Origin: an uncultured Gammaproteobacteria bacterium
Lineage (GTDB): Bacteria > Patescibacteriota > Microgenomatia > Levybacterales > UBA12049
Reading direction: 5' to 3'
Length of the DNA stretch: 64,000 nt
NCBI GenBank assembly: GCA_964490105.1
Contig: CAZAZU010000001.1
Span: 498,361 to 562,360 of the forward strand
The translations under genes were made by a program, and so were the position numbers. Below, one piece after another: positions 18,644 through 29,475 of this stretch. A model generated the notes under the pieces. The model saw nothing but the letters and a program-made list of their open reading frames with translations, did no database searches and had not been told where the DNA came from. Positions within the stretch are counted from its first letter, which is position 1. Each line of letters starts with the position of its first letter.

Positions 18644-18787
18644 ATGGCAGAAATGTATTGTGTAAAATGTAGAGCTAAGAGAGATGATCCTAGTGCTACA
18701 CCAGTTACCATGAAAAATGGAAAACCTGCAATGAAAGGAAAGTGTCCAGTCTGTGGTACAGGAATGTACAAGATCGGAAAAGCTTAA
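18644..18787 (+). CDS. Small zinc-ribbon protein, DUF5679-like (47 aa; not in ORF track)
   Basis: MAEMYCVKCRAKRDDPSATPVTMKNGKPAMKGKCPVCGTGMYKIGKA; strong SD GAGGGGGTGA upstream. Confidence 0.85.
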   Translation: MAEMYCVKCRAKRDDPSATPVTMKNGKPAMKGKCPVCGTGMYKIGKA

Positions 18788-18841
18788 CTAGCAGATTTCT
18801 TTCTTGGACATCCTTTATTTGGAATCCAAGAAACACGATTG

Positions 18842-18869
18842 AAAAATCCCCGAAAGGGGATTTTTCTTT
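18842..18869. terminator. Bidirectional intrinsic terminator
   Basis: AAAAATCCCC-GAAA-GGGGATTTTT between convergent genes. Confidence 0.85.
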
Positions 18870-20134
18870 TATTTAGAAACTGAATTATTTTTTCTATTTA
18901 CTTCGTTTGCTACTTTCATTTGGAACGAATATATTTCAATAAAACCAGCACTCGCATTAATATTAAAATTATACCCTCCATTCTTGTTAAACGATGCATG
19001 CATAAGCCCGTTTGGAGAATCCAATGCAACTACAGAAACGCTTCCTCTATAAAGCTTAACCGTAACTTCTCCGCTTACCTTTTCATTAATTAAATCATTA
19101 AACGCATTAATTGCATCCATGACAGGGTCAAACCAAAGAGCTCCATAGCAGAAATATCCCCATTTTATATCCATCTCTGCCTTAACAGCGTTTAAATTTC
19201 TCGTTGAAACGTATTTCTCTAAAGCCTTATGCGCTTCAATTATTACATGTGCACCGGGCTGCTCATATACGCCGCCATTCTTAATACCTACCAACCTATC
19301 CTCTACCAAGTGTGCAACTCCCACCCCATGCTGTCCAGCTGTTTTATTAAGAGCTACAATAATCTTTGCTAGGGTGAGTTTTTTTCCATTAAGTAGAACT
19401 GGTATTCCTTTTTTAAAAGTAATCTTAATTAATTCCTCATCTTTTATAGAATTTTTGGCAAGAGTATAAGTAGTAAGAAATTTTTCAAGAGGAGCAATAA
19501 GATTTGGCTCTTCTATTTCTCCGCCTTCCCATGTCATTCCCCACATATTGTCATCATCGCTATATGGTGAATCGATAGTGGCTGGAACCGGAATTTTATT
19601 TTTTTTAGCATATAAAATTTCTTCATTTCGATCCATATCCCACTCCCTAACAGGAGCGATTATTTTAATGTCTGGATCATGTGCCAAAATATAAGATTCA
19701 AAACGCACTTGATCATTTCCTTTTCCCGTACATCCATGAGCAATAACTCTTATCCCAAGCTTTTTAGCGACTTCAACTGCTTTTTTTGCACAAATTGCCC
19801 TGCCCATTGGAGTTGATAAGTGATAATCCCCTTGATAACTTGCGTTCGCTTTTATACCTTTTGCAAGATATTCATTTGCAAACTCTTCTTTAATATCCAA
19901 AGTTATTGCCTCTTTAGCTCCTAGACTAATTGCTTTCTTTTTTATTGATTCCAAGTCATCTTTCTGCTGACCTAAATCCAAGGTAAGCGCGACGATCTCT
20001 GCTTTATATTTATCTTTAATCCATTTAAGAATTACTGAAGTATCAAGTCCGCCAGAATATAAAAGTAGGACTTTTTTTGCTTTATCAGTTGCCTCATATG
20101 ATGCGACTTTTATATATTTCGTTTTTGATTTCAT
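18869..20134 (-). CDS. argG: Argininosuccinate synthase
   Basis: YSGGLDTS, AHGCTGKGNDQVRFE, EDRLVGIK. Confidence 0.96.
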   Translation of the reverse strand: MKSKTKYIKVASYEATDKAKKVLLLYSGGLDTSVILKWIKDKYKAEIVALTLDLGQQKDDLESIKKKAISLGAKEAITLDIKEEFANEYLAKGIKANASYQGDYHLSTPMGRAICAKKAVEVAKKLGIRVIAHGCTGKGNDQVRFESYILAHDPDIKIIAPVREWDMDRNEEILYAKKNKIPVPATIDSPYSDDDNMWGMTWEGGEIEEPNLIAPLEKFLTTYTLAKNSIKDEELIKITFKKGIPVLLNGKKLTLAKIIVALNKTAGQHGVGVAHLVEDRLVGIKNGGVYEQPGAHVIIEAHKALEKYVSTRNLNAVKAEMDIKWGYFCYGALWFDPVMDAINAFNDLINEKVSGEVTVKLYRGSVSVVALDSPNGLMHASFNKNGGYNFNINASAGFIEIYSFQMKVANEVNRKNNSVSK

Positions 20135-21339
20135 TTTTTAACACCTCCTCTCTCGTACTCTTTTCCAATTTTTTTGTACGCTTCCCTAAAGCTCTCACCT
20201 TTAATCACCAAGTTCAAAGCTTTTTCAGTTGCGTATAATTCCTGTGTCATGGAATTTTTCAAAACATTTTCATTTGGAACTATATTTTGTAGTAAGATTT
20301 GACTAATGACAATTGATTCCAGTGTTAGCTCCAAACTTTCCATTAATGGTTTTTTTGTGTCCTGAAAATCCCTGTTGTAACCTGTTACCAAGTTTGAAGA
20401 TATGCTTATAATCTGAGTATAATTTCCTAAAACCACATTAACCTTGCTTCGCAATAACTCTGCGATATCTAAATTTACTTTCTGAGGCATAATACTGCTT
20501 CCCGTAGTTATTTTTTTGTTTATCTGAAAATAATTAAATTCAGATGTAGTGAAAAGCATTAAGTCTGATGCAAATTTATTAATAGTTTGTAAAACAGAAA
20601 TTAAAAAAGCTAATGTTAACGCATCAATTTTAGTCCTTGAGCTTTGTGCATAAATCGGATTATTTAAAACTTTACCAAAACCTAAAATCTTAGAGCTATA
20701 TATTTTATCAACCTTAATTGGAAGTCCGTAACCTGCACCAGAACCTAAAGGAGACTGATCGTTTAAATCGTAAATTACTTTTAAAACCTTAATGTCATCA
20801 TTTAGTGCGTCTTTAAAACCGCCTGCCCAAAGACCAATGCTTGAGGGCATCGCTTTTTGCATATGTGTATAACCAGGCATTGGAACATCTCCATAAAGAG
20901 ATTCAAACTTTTCAAACAAATTACTTAATGAAATAATCTCTTTTTCAATTTTCTCTAAGTAATCTTTTGTAAAAAGTCTTAATGCTGTTAAAACCTGGTC
21001 ATTCCTACTTCGAGCTGTATGAATTTTTTTACCCACACTCCCATACCTCTGGGTCAAATATTTTTCGATTTTTGTATGACAATCCTCATCTCCAAATTTT
21101 AGGATAAACCCACCATTTTCATAAAGTTTTTTTATTTCTTCCAAGCCTTTTTCAATAAATAACAGCTCCTGTTTAGTTAAAATGTTTATTTTGTGAAGCA
21201 TTTTTGCGTGGGCAATCGAGCCGTTCAAATCATAAGGAATTAGTTTTTGATCCAAAAGAAGATCTCCCTTTGTTTCAAAGGCCTCTACCAGAGAATTCAG
21301 CTCCCAATTTTTCTGCCAAAGTTTATTATTTTTTTTCAT
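20131..21339 (-). CDS. argH: Argininosuccinate lyase
   Basis: HTARSRNDQ, MPGYTHMQ, SPLGSGAG, TGSSIMPQK. Confidence 0.95.
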   Translation of the reverse strand: MKKNNKLWQKNWELNSLVEAFETKGDLLLDQKLIPYDLNGSIAHAKMLHKINILTKQELLFIEKGLEEIKKLYENGGFILKFGDEDCHTKIEKYLTQRYGSVGKKIHTARSRNDQVLTALRLFTKDYLEKIEKEIISLSNLFEKFESLYGDVPMPGYTHMQKAMPSSIGLWAGGFKDALNDDIKVLKVIYDLNDQSPLGSGAGYGLPIKVDKIYSSKILGFGKVLNNPIYAQSSRTKIDALTLAFLISVLQTINKFASDLMLFTTSEFNYFQINKKITTGSSIMPQKVNLDIAELLRSKVNVVLGNYTQIISISSNLVTGYNRDFQDTKKPLMESLELTLESIVISQILLQNIVPNENVLKNSMTQELYATEKALNLVIKGESFREAYKKIGKEYERGGVKK

Positions 21340-21560
21340 AAAAAAATCCCGTCTTCATTCACAATTTAATTTGTGAACAAGGACGGGAATTCCCGTGGTG
21401 CCACCTTCATTCGTTATCTAAAAGATAACCTTATTTCAGCGCTCCGTTACCGACACGCTTTGCTAATTTTACGGTTTGCTTCCGTCGCGGTAAAGCATTT
21501 TTTGCCTTCACATCCACGCAGCTCGTTTATTGCTATAAACTCAAACGCTATTTATTTAAC
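21340..21560 (-). ncRNA. T-box riboswitch leader of argH-argG
   Basis: Minus strand: stem III GTTATC-TTTA-GATAAC, antiterminator AAGG-[TGGCACC]-ACGGG...CCCGT-CCTT, overlapping terminator TCCCGTC...GACGGGA-TTTTTTT directly before the ATG; TGnTATAAT at 21576-21568. Confidence 0.85.
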
Positions 21561-21588
21561 TTAATATATTATATCACCTTGAGTCAAA

Positions 21589-21720
21589 TTATTCACAACA
21601 GGGGTCTTTATAACCGCAGTTGGGACAATAAGCGTCGCGTGAGCCCGGCATATCTCCCATCTCTTCTTTACAAACTGGGCAATCTTGAGTTCTTAAATCT
21701 GGTCTTGGTCTATTCTTCAC
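21589..21720 (-). CDS. Small cysteine-rich zinc-finger protein (43 aa; not in ORF track)
   Basis: GTG start overlapping the upstream stop: MKNRPRPDLRTQDCPVCKEEMGDMPGSRDAYCPNCGYKDPCCE. Confidence 0.7.
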   Translation of the reverse strand: MKNRPRPDLRTQDCPVCKEEMGDMPGSRDAYCPNCGYKDPCCE

Positions 21721-23302
21721 CTTGGTAGTGGATTAATTTATATACTTTTAATACTGACACGTCCCACTGACCTGCGATTTCTGCTCTTCCAAATCCTGCT
21801 ATTTCCTGACGGGATTCTCCGAGAGGATAACATGGATTAGTTTCGCAGACGACAAATAATTGATCAGTGACACTTTTTCTTTCCGGGTCCTGATCGATCC
21901 CTAAAATCGTCACAGGCTCTCTGCCATCAAGCTTAAAGAAATATCTATATGCATGATCTGAATTTCCAATTCCGCTTATTGAAAAATTATATGGCCTTCC
22001 TTCTGATTTAGAAATTACAAAATCTGAAATTCCTTTTACTTGATTTACTTGATTATTTCCGGGAACAGCGATTGGATTAAACTTAAGATTTACTAGAAAC
22101 AAACATATTAGAATTGCAGCAACAATTACTTTCCCTGGTTTTTTAAGAATAATAATTATTTCTGATAATAAAAGCCCTACTAATAAAAATGGCACCGGGA
22201 AAATAAAACCTAAATAGTAGTCATAGATGGATTTTTTATATAATCCGAAAAGTCCAATTCCCAGTAACGCCCAGATAAAAATTAATAAGAATTTTTTAAG
22301 TTCTATACTTTCAGTTCTGGATTTAATTAATAAAATCAAAAAGAAAATAATCGAAACTAATCCTAAGAACGCTGATACGACTAACCAAATTTGCAAAATG
22401 TTTGGATCAAATTTGTGGAACTTAGAAAAGTCAGGATAAGATAAAACTAATCCCCCAAAAAGCCTAATGAAAACATGCTGAACATTAACTAAAAACTGTC
22501 CTGATGCGCCAGTTTCAGGTGAGTTAAAAATAAACTCCAAGATGTTTTTTGAGTTTGTAAATTGATGTCTTATTTCAAACAATAAAAATGGAGAAAATCC
22601 AATTAAAAATCCTGCTAATAAACTTAGATATCTTTTAGCTAATGTTTTAAGATATGAAATCTTTAACTCAAATCCTGCGACCAATGTATAGAAAAATACG
22701 ATAGCTCCAACAAATGTTGCAAGATAATGAATTTGAAGATTTAGTCCCATTAGAAAACCAGCGAGAATAAAAAGAGAAATTTTATTTTTTACAACAGCTT
22801 TATATAAAACGTAAAGAGTAGAAATTGTAAAAAATGGAAATACATTAGGATTCCAGGAAGAACGTGAATAGGTAACTACAATCGGGGAAATCGCATATAA
22901 AAATGCAGCAATCACTCCGGCGAGCGGATTAAAAAATTCTCGGCCAATTTTATAAACTAAGAAAATTGTGGCAACTCCAAAAAGAATTACCATTATTGCG
23001 GGGCCTATCGGATCATAGCGCGAAAGGAACATAAAAGGAGTCATAAGATAGTAATAAATGGGACCCAAGAAAAATCCGCCCACTGAAGAAGTTGGACCCA
23101 GAAGAGTAAGATCCCCATGCAGAATATTATAAACAACTAATGCGTCTCTGCCTTCATCTCCCAGAAAAACTATATAGTCTCTGACTCGATAAAATCGCAG
23201 GAAAAATCCTAAAAGTAAAATAATAAAAATTGGGAACCACTCTGGTTTTAACCCAACTTTTTTTGGAGTTTTGAAAGAGAAGCGATGTGCCATCTTTTCC
23301 AT
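21710..23302 (-). CDS. GT-C membrane glycosyltransferase (ArnT/PMT_2, GT39/83-like); start uncertain
   Basis: 'FLRFY...FLGDEGRD...GPIYYY...YSRSSWNPN'; many TM helices. Confidence 0.82.
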   Translation of the reverse strand: MEKMAHRFSFKTPKKVGLKPEWFPIFIILLLGFFLRFYRVRDYIVFLGDEGRDALVVYNILHGDLTLLGPTSSVGGFFLGPIYYYLMTPFMFLSRYDPIGPAIMVILFGVATIFLVYKIGREFFNPLAGVIAAFLYAISPIVVTYSRSSWNPNVFPFFTISTLYVLYKAVVKNKISLFILAGFLMGLNLQIHYLATFVGAIVFFYTLVAGFELKISYLKTLAKRYLSLLAGFLIGFSPFLLFEIRHQFTNSKNILEFIFNSPETGASGQFLVNVQHVFIRLFGGLVLSYPDFSKFHKFDPNILQIWLVVSAFLGLVSIIFFLILLIKSRTESIELKKFLLIFIWALLGIGLFGLYKKSIYDYYLGFIFPVPFLLVGLLLSEIIIILKKPGKVIVAAILICLFLVNLKFNPIAVPGNNQVNQVKGISDFVISKSEGRPYNFSISGIGNSDHAYRYFFKLDGREPVTILGIDQDPERKSVTDQLFVVCETNPCYPLGESRQEIAGFGRAEIAGQWDVSVLKVYKLIHYQGEE

Positions 23303-24417
23303 ATAAAAATATTATACATTGAATAACTATAAGGAATAACAAATAAACCAATTGCGATTATAAGAGCAACCTGACGAACCAAAGTTGTGTTACCAAATAA
23401 GTGCGTCCCGACAAAAACAGTTGAAGAAATCAGAACAAGAGAACCAATTGAAACTAAATTAAATTGCGGGAATTTAATTAGAACTTTCCATGGACTAGTA
23501 ATTCTTTGACTGCTAAATGCCCAGAAATTATTTACAAAGAAATTAAAAATAATTGAAAGCTCAGCGGACAATGACGCAGCTGGAATCGGATGCAACTTAA
23601 AATATTGAGAAAAAATTTCAAGCGAAATTGCGTTTATTAAATATCCGATAAAACCGGTTATTGCATATTTCAAAAAGGGTGAATGTACTAGTTCTTTTAT
23701 TCTTGCGACAATCACAAATGAAAGTGTTTGAAATATTGTTTGGCCTGCTGGTATCTTAGATCTTCCGGCTACTCTGTCCGTTGCGGAAAAAGGAATTTCA
23801 GCTACTTTATAACCATCCTCAACCGCTGACAAAAGAAATCCCACCTGAAAAGTATAGCCCTTAAATTTCTTAATTTTTTCTCTTTCTTTAAGAAAAACCT
23901 CTTTTTTAATTGCTCTATATCCGCCTGTCCAATCATGAATATAAAAGCGCATTAAAATACTTCTTATTATGAAATTCCCGACTACTGATAGAAATTTTCT
24001 GTGAAGTCCCCAGTTCTTTGGAATTGATCCACCATTACTGTATCTGGTACCAATCACGAAATCATGTCCTTCATCTATTTTTTTCAAAAACTCCGGAATT
24101 TTCTTTGGATCATGAAAAAAATCTGCATCCATTTCAAAAACAACATCAGCTTTCATATTGGAAATTGCATGATCCATTCCTCTAACATAAGCCGCTCCCA
24201 ATCCTTCTTTTTTACCAGTAATCATCTCTAAATTTTTCCATTTTTTCATCAGCTCTTTAACAATGCCACCGGTCCCATCAGGAGAATTATCATCCGCGAC
24301 AAGAATCCCCATTTGATAATTTTTTATGTCAGGAAAAATTTCTTTCTCAAGAATTTCAATTAATTTTTCTATATTTCCCTTTTCGTTATATGTTGGAATG
24401 ATTACAACTGCTTTCAT
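23248..24417 (-). CDS. Polyprenol-phosphate glycosyltransferase (DPM1-like GT2) fused to a GtrA domain
   Basis: IIPTYNE, DDNSPDGT, EMDADFFH, DWTGGYRA; C-terminal 'KYAITGFIG...SAELSIIFNFFVNNFWAF'. Confidence 0.88.
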   Translation of the reverse strand: MKAVVIIPTYNEKGNIEKLIEILEKEIFPDIKNYQMGILVADDNSPDGTGGIVKELMKKWKNLEMITGKKEGLGAAYVRGMDHAISNMKADVVFEMDADFFHDPKKIPEFLKKIDEGHDFVIGTRYSNGGSIPKNWGLHRKFLSVVGNFIIRSILMRFYIHDWTGGYRAIKKEVFLKEREKIKKFKGYTFQVGFLLSAVEDGYKVAEIPFSATDRVAGRSKIPAGQTIFQTLSFVIVARIKELVHSPFLKYAITGFIGYLINAISLEIFSQYFKLHPIPAASLSAELSIIFNFFVNNFWAFSSQRITSPWKVLIKFPQFNLVSIGSLVLISSTVFVGTHLFGNTTLVRQVALIIAIGLFVIPYSYSMYNIFIWKRWHIASLSKLQKKLG

Positions 24418-25366
24418 AGGCTCTTAAAATATTGTATAGTTTTAGCTAGTCCCTCTTCAAGCGGAACTTTTGGAGACCAGTCTAATAGTCTTTTTGCTTT
24501 TTCAATATCTGGTTTTCGCGCTAGCGGATCATCCTTAGGCAATTCTTCACTCATTTTTATTTCACTAAATGATCCTGTGTGCTTCTTAATAAGATTTGCA
24601 AATTCCATAACAGAATGTTCTTCGTTTGACCCGACGTTGATTATTTCTCCATTTAAATCCGAGGTAAACATAAAACGCTTTAATCCGTCAACTGTGTCTG
24701 ATATATAACAAAGAGATCTTGTCTGAGATCCATCGCCGAAGATTGATATTGGCTCTCCATTTAGGGCTTCCAAAATAAAAACAATAACCATTCGCATGTC
24801 TTCTTTTAACATCCCTGGTCCAAATGTATTAAAGATCCTTGCAATTCGGACGTCTACACCCCTATCTCTTCCAAAATATGCTGTTATCGTCTCTCCAAAT
24901 CTTTTTGCTTCATCGTATACTGATCTAGGACCCGTGGTGGATACATTTCCCCTGTATTCTTCGTTCTGCGGATTTTCTTTTGGATCACCATAAACTTCAG
25001 AGGTGGAAGCAAATAAAAATCTAGCGTTATTTTTTTCAGCAAGTCTTAATAGATTAAAAGTACCAGTCGTATTCGCATGCATTGTCTCTTCGGGAAGCGC
25101 ATGGTAGCTGATTTTACTATGATGATTTGGGCTGGCTGGAGAAGCTAAATGAAAAATATAGTCGATTTTTTCACTAATTTCCAGAGGATTTGTAACATCG
25201 TGTTTTATAAAAGAAAAATTGGGGTTATTTTTTAAATCTTTAATTTTCTCTTCAGAGCTTGTTAGGAAATTATCTACACAGACTACCCTATATCCATCAC
25301 TAAGAAGTGATTCACAAAGATGAACTCCTATAAAACCTGCCCCGCCAGCTACGATAACCGTTTGCA

Positions 25367-25367
<1 letters not shown>
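24414..25367 (-). CDS. UDP-glucuronate decarboxylase-like SDR
   Basis: GGAGFIG, HLASPASP, ASTSEVYGDP, YDEAKR, RIFNTFGP. Confidence 0.85.
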
Positions 25368-26350
<983 letters not shown>

Positions 26351-27304
26351 TTAGACTATTCCTCTAAAGTATTCTAGGGTATCTTCAAGTGTTTTTTCAA
26401 TCGGTATTTCAGGTTTCCAGCCGGTAAGATTTTCGAATCTAGAAGGATCACATAAAAGCTCCGGATCATCAGACGGTCGAATTAAGCTAGGATCTTTCTC
26501 AACTCTAATTTCTGTTTTACTCATTCCACGCATAATATCTAGAATTTCGGAAATCTTATGAGATTTTCCGCTACCCAGATTATAAACATCGCCACTTTTT
26601 CCTTTCTCAATCGCTAATAGATATGCCCTAACCATGTCTCTCACATCAGTAAAATCTCTTTTTGCTTCCAGATTCCCCACAGTCATCACGGACGCTTTTC
26701 CTTTTTCAATAAGGGCAATTTTATTTGCAAAAGAGGATACCACGAAATGCGGAGCTTGTCTTGGACCTACATGATTAAATGGTCTAACTCTAACGATATT
26801 TAAATTGTTTGAGTTAAAATATTGAAGCCCCAAAAAATCTTGAGCAAGCTTTGAGACAGAATATGGATTTGTAGGATTAAATGGAGTCTGCTCATCAATC
26901 GGTAAATCTTCAGGCTTTACGAGTCCGTATACTTCAGCCGAGGATACAATCAATATTTTCGTATCAGTATGTCCACTTTTAACGATTGATTCAAGTAAAT
27001 TAATTTGTCCCGAAACATTATTAACAAAAGTCTCTTTAGGATCTGAAAAACTTCTCTTAGCTGAAGTTAATGCTGCCAGATGAAATAAATATTCAGGTTT
27101 TTCGTATTGAATTAATTTATCTGTTGCATCCGGATCAAGAAGATCTACTTTATATAATTTTAAAGAGTCTTTGTTATCTAAATTAGCAAGGCTTTTATCG
27201 TTAAGATACGTGCCGCTTACTTCAAATTTGTTTTGCTTAAGAAGAAAATCTGATAGATAATTTCCCGCAAATCCAGTAATTCCCGTTATTAAAACTTTCG
27301 TCAT
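26351..27304 (-). CDS. rmd: GDP-4-keto-6-deoxy-D-mannose reductase-like SDR
   Basis: ITGITGFAG, SSAEVYG, NPYSVSK, RPFNHVGPRQ, RDFTDVRD; adjacent to gmd. Confidence 0.75.
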   Translation of the reverse strand: MTKVLITGITGFAGNYLSDFLLKQNKFEVSGTYLNDKSLANLDNKDSLKLYKVDLLDPDATDKLIQYEKPEYLFHLAALTSAKRSFSDPKETFVNNVSGQINLLESIVKSGHTDTKILIVSSAEVYGLVKPEDLPIDEQTPFNPTNPYSVSKLAQDFLGLQYFNSNNLNIVRVRPFNHVGPRQAPHFVVSSFANKIALIEKGKASVMTVGNLEAKRDFTDVRDMVRAYLLAIEKGKSGDVYNLGSGKSHKISEILDIMRGMSKTEIRVEKDPSLIRPSDDPELLCDPSRFENLTGWKPEIPIEKTLEDTLEYFRGIV

Positions 27305-28590
27305 CGTCCTACTCCAATATAGGAGAATCCTAATTTTCTGGCTTCTGTCGGATCGTAAATATTTCTTCCGTCAATTAAATTCGGAGACTTCATAAGTTTT
27401 TTTATTTGCTCTAGATCTACTTCCTTAAATTCATTCCAATCAGTTAACACTATCAAAAGCTCTGCTCCTTCAACTGCCTTATAAATATCTTCACCGAATT
27501 CAATTCCTTCAAAGATCTTTCTTGAGTTATCAATGGCTTGTGGGTCGTACGCTGTTATCAGCGCTCTTTCTTGTTTTAAAAGTTCAATAATATCAATTGA
27601 TGGAGCATCTCTCATATCATCTGTATTTGGTTTAAATGCCAAACCTAAAACTGCTACTTTTTTTCCTGTCATATCGCCTAAAACTTTTCTAGCTTTTCTT
27701 ACAATATCTCTTTTAGCCTGTCTGTTAATCTCCTCAACCTGATCAAGTAATGAAAAGTCATAATCATGGTCTGAGGCAATTGAAATAAGAGCCTTTACGT
27801 CTTTAGGAAAACAGCTGCCTCCATATCCTGCGCCTGGATAGAGAAAATGTCTTCCGATTCTTTTATCCATCCCAATTCCATCAAGTACTCGAAGTCCATC
27901 AGCATTAACAGACTCTGCTAATTTTGCGATTGCGTTAGCAAAAGATATTTTAGTAGCAAGGAATGAATTCGCTGCATACTTTATGAGTTCAGCGGTCTCA
28001 AGATTTGTATGAATAAAAGGAGCATTAATCGGTTTATGTAAATTTACCAACACATCTCTGGCCTTCTCACTATCCGTACCAATCACGATTCTATCGGGAT
28101 GTAGCGTATCTTCAATAGCTGTTCCTTCTCTTAAAAATTCTGGGACTGATGCTATGTTAAAATCTACATCCTTAGGTTTAAATTCTGAGATAATTTTTTC
28201 AATTCTTTTATTGGTCCCTACTGGAACTGTACTTTTTGTTGCAACAACAGTGTAGTTTTTTAAGTTTTTCCCAATCTCTTTTGCTACTTCAAAAACCGTA
28301 GAAAGCTCTGCGTCTCCGGTTTTCTGGGGTGGTGTTCCAACTGCGATAAAAACTATTTCTGATTCTGAAATAGCTGGATCATAATCGAGAGTAAATAGCA
28401 AACGCCCTGCATCCACATTTTTCTTTACCATTTCTGAGAGACCAGGCTCATAAATAGGGATTATTCCTTTTTTAAGGTTTTCAATTTTCGAAGCTGTGTG
28501 CCCGATAACATAAACTGTGTTTCCAAAATCTGCGAAAACAGTTGCTGTAACAAGTCCTACATATCCGTGTCCTATAAAAGTAATCGTCAT
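27301..28590 (-). CDS. ugd: UDP-glucose 6-dehydrogenase
   Basis: GHGYVGL, PEFLREG, KYAANSFLATKISF, GYGGSCFPKD, FKPNTDD. Confidence 0.93.
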   Translation of the reverse strand: MTITFIGHGYVGLVTATVFADFGNTVYVIGHTASKIENLKKGIIPIYEPGLSEMVKKNVDAGRLLFTLDYDPAISESEIVFIAVGTPPQKTGDAELSTVFEVAKEIGKNLKNYTVVATKSTVPVGTNKRIEKIISEFKPKDVDFNIASVPEFLREGTAIEDTLHPDRIVIGTDSEKARDVLVNLHKPINAPFIHTNLETAELIKYAANSFLATKISFANAIAKLAESVNADGLRVLDGIGMDKRIGRHFLYPGAGYGGSCFPKDVKALISIASDHDYDFSLLDQVEEINRQAKRDIVRKARKVLGDMTGKKVAVLGLAFKPNTDDMRDAPSIDIIELLKQERALITAYDPQAIDNSRKIFEGIEFGEDIYKAVEGAELLIVLTDWNEFKEVDLEQIKKLMKSPNLIDGRNIYDPTEARKLGFSYIGVGR

Positions 28591-28596
28591 AGAGGG

Positions 28597-29475
28597 TTAA
28601 AGTTGGGATTTAATTTCAATTAGACCTTCAGAAAATCCCTTCATTTTTACTCCCAGTTGCTCTATTTTAGCATTTCTAAGTTGTAAATTAAATGGCCTCG
28701 GAGCTCTATCTTTAAAGAATTCATCTCTCGTTATTTGCGTAATCAAACCTTTATCGAATCCAAAGTTTTCAGCAATTTTCATGGATGCTTCATATGGAGT
28801 CAGGGATTCACTTCCGACTGCGTGATAAATTCCCGTAGCATCATTTTTTACTAATGAATCAAGAGCGTAAGCGATATCATCAATTAAAGTAGGGCAAAAT
28901 ATTTGGTCCGTTACTCCTTTTATTTGATTGCCATTTTTTAATGCGTCAATTATTGCACGGACGAAATCTTTTTTCGGTTCAAAACATGCCCTGTATGGAA
29001 AAGCTAGTCTTAAAACAATATATGGCGCTCCGCTCTCTTCAACTCTTTTTTCTCCTTCATATTTTGTTTTTGAGTACCAGTTTATGGGATTTGGGATATC
29101 CTCTTCGCTATATGAATCTCCCTTTTCTTTCTTACCATCAAACACAAAATCTGTAGAAATATAAATTATTTTCTTTCCTAATTCTCTGCAAATTACTGCT
29201 ACGTTCTTTGTCCCTTCTACGTTAATTTTCCATGCTTCGCCTTCTTCTCCTTGCTCTTTGTCTTTTTCGCAAGCATCAACATCCGCTTTTGCGGATAATT
29301 GAAGTACAAATTTAGCATCAGTGTAATTTTTTAAAATGGTTAAACTTTCCGGATTTGTAATATCAATTCCCGTTGAGCGGCTTAAGCTAATAAAATCGTA
29401 CTGATCGCCAAGAAGTTCAGTGATTCTACTACCAACTAGACCATTTAGTCCAAGTCCAATTATTTTTTGTTTCAT
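28597..29475 (-). CDS. rfbD: dTDP-4-dehydrorhamnose reductase family
   Basis: GLNGLVG, YISTDFVFDG, PINWYSKTK, DQIFCPT. Confidence 0.85.
   Translation of the reverse strand: MKQKIIGLGLNGLVGSRITELLGDQYDFISLSRSTGIDITNPESLTILKNYTDAKFVLQLSAKADVDACEKDKEQGEEGEAWKINVEGTKNVAVICRELGKKIIYISTDFVFDGKKEKGDSYSEEDIPNPINWYSKTKYEGEKRVEESGAPYIVLRLAFPYRACFEPKKDFVRAIIDALKNGNQIKGVTDQIFCPTLIDDIAYALDSLVKNDATGIYHAVGSESLTPYEASMKIAENFGFDKGLITQITRDEFFKDRAPRPFNLQLRNAKIEQLGVKMKGFSEGLIEIKSQL

Noticed and set aside
21373-21564. 63-aa plus-strand ORF
   Set aside because: It is antisense to the T-box leader and has no recognisable protein features.
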